32,000 nt of DNA from an uncultured Opitutales bacterium (GTDB lineage Bacteria; Verrucomicrobiota; Verrucomicrobiia; Opitutales; UBA9783), in contig CAKUSQ010000001.1 in assembly GCA_934691225.1 (NCBI GenBank), positions 240,001-272,000 of the forward strand, written 5' to 3'. The translations under genes and the position numbers were made by a program. Shown one piece after another: positions 8,505 through 16,284 of this stretch (its first letter is position 1; every line of letters starts with the position of its first letter). Under the pieces are notes generated by a model that saw only the letters and a list, made by a program, of their open reading frames with translations, searched no databases and was not told the origin of the DNA.

Positions 8505-8574
8505 GCTTTCGATTTTACAACACACACCGGTTTTATTGGCAAGTACAAATAAAAGATTTTTAATCCTAACTTTT

Positions 8575-9081
8575 TTATTGGGCTAAAAAACGATATTTTT
8601 TTTGCGACCACACAGGACCAGAATAATCAATTCCTATGCGAGGAGTTGTTACAATTGAAAAATATTTTTTATTTTTATCATCTATCCATAAATTTGAAGA
8701 TAGATCACAGGGCAAACCATTAAATGTCGTATTTATTTTTAATTGCCGTGTTAAACGTCCAGGTCCTTGTATACCTTCTACAGAACGAATTAAAATAGCT
8801 GATGGACAATCTTGCTTATCTGTCACAATATTTAACATAGCATGCATACCATAACATAAATAAACATACCAAATTCCTGAAGGCCCAAACATAGGCGCAT
8901 TTCTTCGAGTCTTCCCAAATCGAGCATGCGAAGCTAAATCTTCAGGACCCAAATAAACTTCTACTTCCGTTATAGCATAAGCTAAAACCTGCCTATCTAT
9001 ACAACGACACAACCAACACCCTATTAATTTAGGTGCTACATTTAAAGCGGAATCTTCAAATAAATTTTTTACAATATGCAT
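8575..9081 (-). CDS. mpg: DNA-3-methyladenine glycosylase (MPG/AAG family)
   Basis: APKLIGCWL, ITEVEVYLGPEDLASHARFGKTRRNAPMFGPSGIWYVYLCYGMHAMLNIV and AILIRSVE follow the MPG-family core (EtEAY..D.A.HA..G.T.RN..MFG..G..YVY..YG.H). Confidence 0.85.
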   Translation of the reverse strand: MHIVKNLFEDSALNVAPKLIGCWLCRCIDRQVLAYAITEVEVYLGPEDLASHARFGKTRRNAPMFGPSGIWYVYLCYGMHAMLNIVTDKQDCPSAILIRSVEGIQGPGRLTRQLKINTTFNGLPCDLSSNLWIDDKNKKYFSIVTTPRIGIDYSGPVWSQKKYRFLAQ

Positions 9082-9151
9082 TGCATCATTTACTTAATAT
9101 AAAAAATACTTAAAAAAATTTTTGGTCCGTCAACAAGCATAAATGCTAATG

Positions 9152-9170
9152 TTTTCCACATTGTGAATAA
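9152..9170. promoter_or_regulatory. Inverted pair of DnaA-box-like 9-mers
   Basis: TTTTCCACA (9152-9160) and TGTGAATAA (9162-9170) each match 8 of 9 positions of TTATCCACA / TGTGGATAA. They face each other with a 1-nt spacer. Confidence 0.55.
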
Positions 9171-9384
9171 CTTGTAAACAACTTCGTCTTGCATTTAACC
9201 CAAAAATTAGATTTTTATTTTACCATGTCTTTAGGGTTACAAACAATCTCTTTAAATTCCCCGCAAAAATCAAGGGAATTACTGCATTTTATCCGTTTTT
9301 ACACAAAAAACACAACCTTAATGCTACAAGCACTATGTTAAATAACCAAGGGATATCTTTTTTAACATGCTTATTCGAAAAAAT

Positions 9385-9393
9385 TGTGAATAA
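9385..9393. promoter_or_regulatory. DnaA-box-like 9-mer just upstream of the dnaA start
   Basis: TGTGAATAA, identical to the 9162-9170 copy, ends 11 nt before the dnaA ATG. Weaker 7/9 matches lie at 9289-9297 (TTATCCGTT) and 9296-9304 (TTTTACACA). Confidence 0.5.
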
Positions 9394-9404
9394 CCTCTTT
9401 AATT

Positions 9405-10790
9405 ATGCCTCAATTTAAGGATACATCTGAGTTATGGAATGCACTGAAAAAAGATCTGCAAGGGCTTTTTTCGGAAGATATTTTTAAGACATGGTTTCAA
9501 CCTTTACGTTGCCAAGAAGGAAACTTAGATGAAAAACTTATTTTTTTAGCCAATAATGATTTTGCATCCATGTGGCTACAAAATAATTACCTAGAACTTT
9601 TTGAAACTAAAATTGCAAAACTTTTAGGGCATCCTATCGTTGTTGAATTTAAAAGTGATGCAACAACATCTTCTTCTGATATCCCTGCACCAGCCGAACC
9701 TGTAAAAACAGTTTCCAAATCAATTAAAACAACGACCTCTTCTTTGCGTCTCTCATCAGGTCAAGGACTCATACCCCAAAATACTTTTGAAAATTTTGTT
9801 GTTGGAACAGGTAGCCAATTAGCCCATGCGGCTTCTATCGCTGTAGCTAATGCGCCTGGTCGTGCTTATAATCCTCTGTTTCTATACGGCAACACAGGTT
9901 TAGGTAAAACTCACCTTATGCAAGCAGTAGGACATCATGTACTTCAAAGTCAACCTAATGCTAAAGTGATATACATCACCACAGAACGCTTTACCAACGA
10001 TTTTATCTTTGCTATTCAAGAAAATCAGCTGTCAAAATTTCGAAAAAAATATCGAGGTGCGGATGTATTACTTATCGATGATATCCATTTTTTAGCTGGT
10101 AAAGAACGAATTCAAGAAGAATTTTTTCATACCTTTAATGAACTATTTGAATCTCAACGTCAAATTTTTCTTTGTAGCGATCGTCCTGCTTCCGAAATTG
10201 CAAAACTAGAAAGTCGACTTGTATCCCGTTTCCAATGGGGACTTGTTTGCGATATTCAACCACCGGATTTTGAAACCCGTGTTGCTATCCTAACTAAAAA
10301 AGCAAAATCTATGAATTTAACTTTAGATAAAATAGTTATTGATTTTTTAGCTGAACGCGTCACTAAAAATGTTCGCCGCATGGAAGGCGCTCTTAATCGC
10401 ATACAAGGGTATCAACGTTTACTACACACAGCCGATTTACCTATCGAAAAAGTTGAAAGTATTTTGCAAGATATTTTGCAAGAAGAACTAGCTACACGTG
10501 TAACGATCGATGATATTCAAAAAGGCATTTGCGAATTCTATCATTTATCTATGACAGACCTTTTAGGTAAAAAGCGTCCTGCTAACATCGCTTTCCCAAG
10601 GCAAGTAGCTATGTACTTGTGTCGATTGCTCACCCAAGCTTCATTACAAGAAATTGGTATTGCATTTGGAGGACGCGATCATGGCACCGTAATTCATGCT
10701 TGCAAAAGCGTAGAAAATTCTTTACAACAAGAACCTACGACAAAACGAACGGTGCAATTTTTACAGCAAAAACTCACAAATAAGCAATAA
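9405..10790 (+). CDS. dnaA: Chromosomal replication initiator DnaA
   Basis: AAA+ core with LFLYGNTGLGKTHL (Walker A) and VLLIDDIHFL (Walker B). The C-terminal DNA-binding domain has FPRQVAMYLCR and FGGRDHGTVIHA. 461 aa. Confidence 0.97.
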   Translation: MPQFKDTSELWNALKKDLQGLFSEDIFKTWFQPLRCQEGNLDEKLIFLANNDFASMWLQNNYLELFETKIAKLLGHPIVVEFKSDATTSSSDIPAPAEPVKTVSKSIKTTTSSLRLSSGQGLIPQNTFENFVVGTGSQLAHAASIAVANAPGRAYNPLFLYGNTGLGKTHLMQAVGHHVLQSQPNAKVIYITTERFTNDFIFAIQENQLSKFRKKYRGADVLLIDDIHFLAGKERIQEEFFHTFNELFESQRQIFLCSDRPASEIAKLESRLVSRFQWGLVCDIQPPDFETRVAILTKKAKSMNLTLDKIVIDFLAERVTKNVRRMEGALNRIQGYQRLLHTADLPIEKVESILQDILQEELATRVTIDDIQKGICEFYHLSMTDLLGKKRPANIAFPRQVAMYLCRLLTQASLQEIGIAFGGRDHGTVIHACKSVENSLQQEPTTKRTVQFLQQKLTNKQ

Positions 10791-10820
10791 TCATGCAACA
10801 ATTTATCATGCAACAATTTA
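10791..10820 (+). repeat. Perfect 15-bp tandem duplication spanning a start codon
   Basis: tcatgcaacaattta occurs at 10791-10805 and again at 10806-10820. This gives two in-frame ATGs ([10 protein letters not shown]) at the 5' end of ORF 10793-11281. Confidence 0.9.
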
Positions 10821-11281
10821 CAGACGAACAAATTCAAGAAATACGCAATTGGATGCCTGAAATCCATTCCATTAGCGATTTGCAAACCAAAATAAACACA
10901 ACTTATCAAACGCATTTAACTTATCTAGAAACGCGTTTTTTGATGGACGATTTTAATTTACAGTTGACGCAAGCAACACCTCAGAAAGAGGCTAATGTTA
11001 ACAAAGAAGAAGCTCTGGAAGGTGAATATCTCCCTGAAAATTCTTCAAATTCTGTGCAAGTTACCGTGGATCCTGTAACACGTCCTGGTTTTATTACACA
11101 CGGACACGTTACATTTTCAGATGGCCAAACCGCTGAATGGAGTTTAGACCAAATGGGACGAGTTGGTTTAAATCCTGCACAAAAAGGTTATCGCCCTTCT
11201 GCTGAAGACATCGCATTATTTCAAGAAAATCTACAGCAAAAGCTCAGTGAATTATCTCAGCACAATGCTTATCATTTGTAA
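10793..11281 (+). CDS. Hypothetical protein (162 aa), tightly coupled between dnaA and thyA
   Basis: The ORF starts 2 nt after the dnaA stop and ends 2 nt before the thyA ATG. I recognise no family motif. It has no signal peptide or TM segment. Confidence 0.6.
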   Translation: MQQFIMQQFTDEQIQEIRNWMPEIHSISDLQTKINTTYQTHLTYLETRFLMDDFNLQLTQATPQKEANVNKEEALEGEYLPENSSNSVQVTVDPVTRPGFITHGHVTFSDGQTAEWSLDQMGRVGLNPAQKGYRPSAEDIALFQENLQQKLSELSQHNAYHL

Positions 11282-11283
11282 TT

Positions 11284-12081
11284 ATGAAAGTTTACCTTAA
11301 CCTGTTAAAACATGTTCTTGAAAATGGAGAACACCGTCAGGATAGAACCGGTGTAGGAACCATAAGCGTTTTTGGAACCCAAATGCGCATTGATATCTCA
11401 AAATCTTTTCCATTGCTAACAACCAAAAAAGTTCACTTTAAATCTATTGCATATGAACTGCTGTGGTTTTTAAAAGGTGAAACTAATATTAAGTATTTGC
11501 AAGATCATGATGTCCGCATCTGGAATGAATGGGCTGATAAAGATGGAAATTTAGGCCCTGTATATGGTGCACAATGGCGACATTGGAAATGTGCAGATGG
11601 GCGTTACATTGATCAAATTAAAAATGTTATTCAAGGTCTACAGCAAGATCCTTTTGGTCGCCGTCATATTGTTTCAGCTTGGAATGTAGGCGAAATTGAT
11701 CGTATGGCTTTGCCCCCTTGTCATTCCTTTTTTCAATTTTATGTGAGCACACAAGGACAGTTACATTGCCAATTGTATCAGAGAAGTGGTGACCTATTTT
11801 TAGGCGTTCCCTTTAACATCGCTTCTTATTCTTTACTTACTTATATGGTAGCACAAATTTGTCATTTGAAACCAGGAATTTTTGTTCACACTTTAGGGGA
11901 TGCACATATTTATAAAAATCATCTGGAACAAGTAAACATTCAATTATCACGCCAACCTAAAGAATTACCTATTTTGCATCTAAACCCAACAATTAATTCT
12001 ATTGATGGCTTTACGTTTGAGGATTTTCATATTGAGGATTATCATCCTTATCCAGCCATTAAAGCAACCGTTGCTGTTTAA
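11284..12081 (+). CDS. thyA: Thymidylate synthase (ThyA type)
   Basis: [31 protein letters not shown], the [12 protein letters not shown] active-site Cys segment, [18 protein letters not shown] and GDAHIY. Confidence 0.97.
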   Translation: MKVYLNLLKHVLENGEHRQDRTGVGTISVFGTQMRIDISKSFPLLTTKKVHFKSIAYELLWFLKGETNIKYLQDHDVRIWNEWADKDGNLGPVYGAQWRHWKCADGRYIDQIKNVIQGLQQDPFGRRHIVSAWNVGEIDRMALPPCHSFFQFYVSTQGQLHCQLYQRSGDLFLGVPFNIASYSLLTYMVAQICHLKPGIFVHTLGDAHIYKNHLEQVNIQLSRQPKELPILHLNPTINSIDGFTFEDFHIEDYHPYPAIKATVAV

Positions 12082-12086
12082 ATCCA

Positions 12087-12545
12087 ATGACTCAATTTAA
12101 AGCTATTGCTGCCATGGCACTTAACCGCTCTATCGGGTGGAATCAGCAGTTGCCTTGGCACATTCCAGAAGAACTTCAATGGTTTCGTCAAACAACGCTT
12201 AACCAAACGCTGCTCATGGGACGAAAAACATTTGAATCCATGGGATGCCGGCCGCTTCCGCATCGAATAACCTACATTTTAACGAGCCAAAAACTTGCTT
12301 ACAAAGGTGTAAAAACAATTCAATCCATTAAGGATCTAAATTCGCTAAAAGGACCCATTTGGATTTGTGGAGGCGCCCATATTTATGAACAATTTTTGCC
12401 ACTTTGTTTTGAGATTTTTCTATCCGTCATTCAGAAAAATTACCCAGGTGACACATTTTTCCCTCATTTTGAAAATTTCTTTGAAAAAATCAATATAATC
12501 AAAAAAACAGATCTATTTGAAGTTCAACACTGGATTCATCGCTAA
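12087..12545 (+). CDS. folA: Dihydrofolate reductase
   Basis: IAAMALNRSIGWNQQLPWHIPEELQWFRQTT and LLMGRKTFES in a protein of about 150 aa, immediately downstream of thyA. Confidence 0.9.
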   Translation: MTQFKAIAAMALNRSIGWNQQLPWHIPEELQWFRQTTLNQTLLMGRKTFESMGCRPLPHRITYILTSQKLAYKGVKTIQSIKDLNSLKGPIWICGGAHIYEQFLPLCFEIFLSVIQKNYPGDTFFPHFENFFEKINIIKKTDLFEVQHWIHR

Positions 12546-13211
12546 TTATTGCTTCGTTTCACACGATTCCAACAGATCTTTTAAAGCCTCAAGGTTAACT
12601 CCAAAAATTGTATTCAAATTTTTTGTGATTTTTTCGTATGACCAATCCCACCACTGCAATTTGAGTAAAATTTGAATCACTTCATCTGAAAATCGCATTC
12701 GTATTAATTTTGCAGGATTTCCTCCATAAATTGCATAAGGAGGTACATCTTTAACAACCACAGATTCAGCAGCTATTACAGCTCCATCACCAATACAAAC
12801 GCCTGGCATAATTACTGCATCACGCCCCAACCAAACGTCATTACCGATAACGGTGTCACCTTTCGAACAAGCACCTAACCTAACACCTTTTAATTTTTCA
12901 GCCCAAATTTCACCAAAAATTGGAAAAGGATAGGACGTAAATGTATCTATTCGATGACTTCCGCCATTCATGATAAATTTTACGTTTTTGGCTATAGAGC
13001 AAAATTTCCCAATTTTTAATTTATCACCAATAAAATCAAAATGGTACAGTATGTTTCTTTCAAAATTTTCTGAATCCTCAAAATCATCATAATAAGTATA
13101 ATCCCCTATTTCAACGTTAGGATTTTTTACTGTATTTTTAATAAAACATATTTGAGTAAATTTTTCGATTGGATGAATCTTACGACTATCCGGAATATTA
13201 AATTTTTCCAT
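12546..13211 (-). CDS. vat: Xenobiotic acyltransferase, Vat-like (streptogramin A O-acetyltransferase family)
   Basis: Collinear resemblance to Vat proteins: YTYYDD, ILYHF..DKLKIGKFCSI, FIMNGGSHRIDTFTSYPFPIFG (catalytic His context), KGDTVIGNDVWLGRDAVIMPGVCIGDGAVIAAESVVVKDVPPYAIYGGNPAKLIRMRF and LLKLQWWDW. Confidence 0.8.
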   Translation of the reverse strand: MEKFNIPDSRKIHPIEKFTQICFIKNTVKNPNVEIGDYTYYDDFEDSENFERNILYHFDFIGDKLKIGKFCSIAKNVKFIMNGGSHRIDTFTSYPFPIFGEIWAEKLKGVRLGACSKGDTVIGNDVWLGRDAVIMPGVCIGDGAVIAAESVVVKDVPPYAIYGGNPAKLIRMRFSDEVIQILLKLQWWDWSYEKITKNLNTIFGVNLEALKDLLESCETKQ

Positions 13212-13230
13212 ACCTATTTTTCCCTACAAA

Positions 13231-14550
13231 TTATTTATACACATCTAAATCCATTAAATTCCATTTTTCAAGTTTTCTATAAAAACTTCGGCGAGGAATT
13301 CCCAAAATGCGAGCAGCTTCTGACTTATTACCATTTGTTCTTTTTAATGCATCTTGCAATAATTGCTTTTCATTTTTTGATGCTAAAAATGGTTCCATCG
13401 GAACTAAAAACTTTGGATCTAAATCCTTTAATTGCAATACGGAATCATGATGCATAACAACAGCATTCTCTGAAAAATTTCGCAATTCACGAATGTTACC
13501 TGGCCATAAATAATCCTCCAACACGATGCGAGTTTCATTCGCTAATTTTGGAGGTTTTAAATGATTTTCTTGCGCAAAAAAATTAAAATAATGGTCTAAT
13601 AAAACAGGAATATCTACCTTACGTTCTCGTAAAGCAGGCAAACGAATTTCTACTACATTCAAACGATAATATAAATCTTCACGAAAACGCCCTTCCTCCA
13701 CTTCTTTTTTTAAATTACGATTGGTTGCACATACAAGCCGCACATCTAAAGCAATTGTCTGCGTACCTCCCAAACGTTCTATTGATTTATTTTCCAAAAA
13801 CCGAAGTAATTTTACTTGTACATTAGGATTAATTTCACCAATTTCATCTAAAAATAATGTTCCATGATTTGCAGCCTCAAACAAACCAATATGGCGCTGT
13901 AACGCCCCTGTAAATGCACCACGTTCATGTCCAAACAATTCAGATTCTAATAAGTTTTCAGGCAAAGCAGCGCAATGAACCGGAACAAAAGGTTTGCTTG
14001 AACGCGAACTTAATTGATGCAATTGTTGAGCTACCAATTCCTTACCTGTTCCTGTTTCTCCCATGATTAAAACCGTTGCCTTGGTAGGAGCCACCCGTTG
14101 AATTTGATCAATAACACTTTCAAAAGCTTTAGAATTTCCAAGCATATGGGGAATTGGTGTTACCTTTTTTATTTCAACAGGTGCATTTTTTCGCTCAAAT
14201 AAGGCTTTTTGTACCATATTTTCCAACTTATCCAGCTGAATAGGCTTGCTTATAAAATCGTAAGCTCCATGCTTCATTGCCTCAACAGCTGTTTCGATAG
14301 AACCATAAGCTGTCATCATAATACAAACCGGGCGATTCGGTAGGTTTAATGCTTTGTCAATAACGCTCAACCCACTCTGTTGTCCCATTCTCAAATCCGT
14401 AATAATAACATCAAATTTTTCCGATTCCATCAACTTAAATGCTTCCAAAGGCTGACTCGCTGTAAAAACATCAAATTTTTCCGAAAAAAACTGCGCTAAT
14501 CCTTCGCGCGTATGCTTTTCATCATCAATAATAAGCAAAATTCCATCCAT
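13231..14550 (-). CDS. Sigma-54-dependent response regulator (NtrC/AtoC type enhancer-binding protein)
   Basis: REC domain (IIDDE, VIITDLRM, MMTAYG, ISKP). AAA+ domain (GETGTGKE, ESELFGHERGAFTGA with the GAFTGA loop, LFLDEIGE). C-terminal Fis-type HTH (NKSEAARILGIPRRSFYRKL). Confidence 0.92.
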   Translation of the reverse strand: MDGILLIIDDEKHTREGLAQFFSEKFDVFTASQPLEAFKLMESEKFDVIITDLRMGQQSGLSVIDKALNLPNRPVCIMMTAYGSIETAVEAMKHGAYDFISKPIQLDKLENMVQKALFERKNAPVEIKKVTPIPHMLGNSKAFESVIDQIQRVAPTKATVLIMGETGTGKELVAQQLHQLSSRSSKPFVPVHCAALPENLLESELFGHERGAFTGALQRHIGLFEAANHGTLFLDEIGEINPNVQVKLLRFLENKSIERLGGTQTIALDVRLVCATNRNLKKEVEEGRFREDLYYRLNVVEIRLPALRERKVDIPVLLDHYFNFFAQENHLKPPKLANETRIVLEDYLWPGNIRELRNFSENAVVMHHDSVLQLKDLDPKFLVPMEPFLASKNEKQLLQDALKRTNGNKSEAARILGIPRRSFYRKLEKWNLMDLDVYK

Positions 14551-14553
14551 AAA

Positions 14554-15189
14554 TCATCGTTGTGGCTGAATATTGGCAATAGCTTGCATAATACGATCGC
14601 TTATCGCCTGCATTGGATCAGACGCATCCTTACAGTCATCAAAACTTTCAGGCGGAATAGGTTTTCCAAAAACAATCGATACTTTTGGTTTAAAATTAGG
14701 CCATTTATCTCCTTTAGGCCAAGCTTCAAAGGTTCCAAAAATTCGTACCGGAACAACCGGAACTTTTGCTTTTGAAACAAATAAACCAATACCTTTCTTA
14801 GGTCTTTGTAAAACACCATTGGCAGAACGCGTTCCTTCAGGAAACATTAAAACAGGATTCCCATCTTTTAACAACTGCAAAATATGTTTAATAGAATGAA
14901 TATCACTACCCTTATCACGATCCACTGGAATCATATATAACCGATTAAAAAACCAACCTATCCCTCGCTTAAAAAGCGTACGTCGTGCGAAAGAAAAAAC
15001 AGGCTGACGATTCGCATGAACAGCAATAAAAGGTGGATCCAAATAACTTACATGATTTCCAGCCAAAATAACGCCACCTTGTGCAGGAATATTTTCTAAT
15101 CCATACAACTTACCTTGATATCCTTTTTTAAAAACAAACTTAAAAAAGAAACGTACAAATCGGTAACATAAAGAAAGGTTTGCTTTCAT
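14554..15189 (-). CDS. plsC: 1-acyl-sn-glycerol-3-phosphate acyltransferase
   Basis: NHVSYLDPP (HX4D acyltransferase motif) and FPEGTRS; 211 aa. Confidence 0.85.
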   Translation of the reverse strand: MKANLSLCYRFVRFFFKFVFKKGYQGKLYGLENIPAQGGVILAGNHVSYLDPPFIAVHANRQPVFSFARRTLFKRGIGWFFNRLYMIPVDRDKGSDIHSIKHILQLLKDGNPVLMFPEGTRSANGVLQRPKKGIGLFVSKAKVPVVPVRIFGTFEAWPKGDKWPNFKPKVSIVFGKPIPPESFDDCKDASDPMQAISDRIMQAIANIQPQR

Positions 15190-15234
15190 CTCAAAAAAGG
15201 TATATGACTTTTTTATAAAAATTTAAAGAATAAT

Positions 15235-15708
15235 ATGCTAGAAGATAAAAAATGGTTAGATTCTCTGAAAGAAACGTTAAAAACATTGGATAATCGTCCC
15301 TCATGGAATACCTATTTCATGTCTATTGCCATTCTTTTATCAACACGATCTAGCTGTCAACGCTTGCATGTTGGCTGCGTACTGGTTTCGGGCAGAGAAA
15401 ATAAAAATAGAATTATAGCAGCCGGGTACAATGGTTTTTTGCCAGGTTTACCGCATCGTTCAATGATCAAAGATGGACATGAACAAGCAACCGTACATGC
15501 TGAACAAAATGCTTTAGCAGACGCAGCTCGGCGAGGTGTTACTACACAGGATGCCATCGCTTATATTACACATTTTCCCTGTATAAATTGTGCAAAAATG
15601 CTCTTGGCAGCTGGCATAAAACACTGCTATTATCATGAAGATTACAATAATGATCCACTTGTTTCTGAAATTTTTCAAGAAGCAAATATTAACTTAGAGA
15701 AATTTTAA
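15235..15708 (+). CDS. comEB: dCMP deaminase (ComEB/CDA zinc-dependent family)
   Basis: VHAEQNAL and FPCINCAKML zinc-ligand motifs. The N-terminus (PSWNTYFMSIAILLSTRSSC) is typical of dCMP deaminases. Confidence 0.85.
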   Translation: MLEDKKWLDSLKETLKTLDNRPSWNTYFMSIAILLSTRSSCQRLHVGCVLVSGRENKNRIIAAGYNGFLPGLPHRSMIKDGHEQATVHAEQNALADAARRGVTTQDAIAYITHFPCINCAKMLLAAGIKHCYYHEDYNNDPLVSEIFQEANINLEKF

Positions 15709-16268
15709 TGAACCCATTTATTCAACACATTCCAAATCATTTCATAGGACTTATTTTACTTTCAAATGGATCGAATACAGATGCAAATTCTAACGATGTC
15801 GTTGTTGTTGTCCACGATAATAAAAATTCAGGCACCATTGGCTTATGTATCAATCACCCACTGCGTTTAACGCTCAATGATTTTGATGAAAAAATTTGGG
15901 GAAATTTTAATCAAGTACCTGTTTTCAAAGGTGGACCTACACAACCACAACAAATTATTGTTACGTCGCTTGACTGGGATCAGCAGCAACAACGATTGAA
16001 GTGGCAGCTTGGTTTAAATCAACAACAAGCTACTCGATTAATGATGGATCAACCCAAAACCCGTTTCAAAGCCTACTGTGGGCATATTAATTGGGCTCCC
16101 GGACAACTTTTCAAAGACATTCAAGATATGACATGGCTTCCCATTCCATTACCATCTAAAAAAATATTCTCAATTTCAAACCCTCGCTTATGGGATACTT
16201 TGATGTTAAAATTTTACCCATCAAAATTAAAATCAAAATCTTTACCGAAAAATCTTTCTCTTAATTAG
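15708..16268 (+). CDS. yqgE: YqgE/AlgH-family protein (UPF0301)
   Basis: GTIGLCINHP and VPVFKGGPTQPQQIIV match the family pattern (GamGlviN.P ... GGPV) in a protein of about 186 aa. Its start overlaps the stop of the preceding gene. Confidence 0.65.
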   Translation: MNPFIQHIPNHFIGLILLSNGSNTDANSNDVVVVVHDNKNSGTIGLCINHPLRLTLNDFDEKIWGNFNQVPVFKGGPTQPQQIIVTSLDWDQQQQRLKWQLGLNQQQATRLMMDQPKTRFKAYCGHINWAPGQLFKDIQDMTWLPIPLPSKKIFSISNPRLWDTLMLKFYPSKLKSKSLPKNLSLN

Positions 16269-16284
16269 TATTAAACTAAAAAAT

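Larger units (their letters stand above)
9082..9404. other. Candidate oriC / dnaA control region
   Basis: 323-bp non-coding spacer directly upstream of dnaA. It holds an A/T-only run around 9095-9125 and several DnaA-box-like 9-mers (listed as separate features). Gene orientation switches from all-minus on the left to plus on the right. Confidence 0.55.

Noticed and set aside
12114-12130. TGGCAC at 12114 (inside folA), and further TGGCAC occurrences near 28035 and 4304
   Set aside because: All are inside coding regions and lack a correctly spaced TTGC -12 element, so they are not credible sigma-54 promoters.
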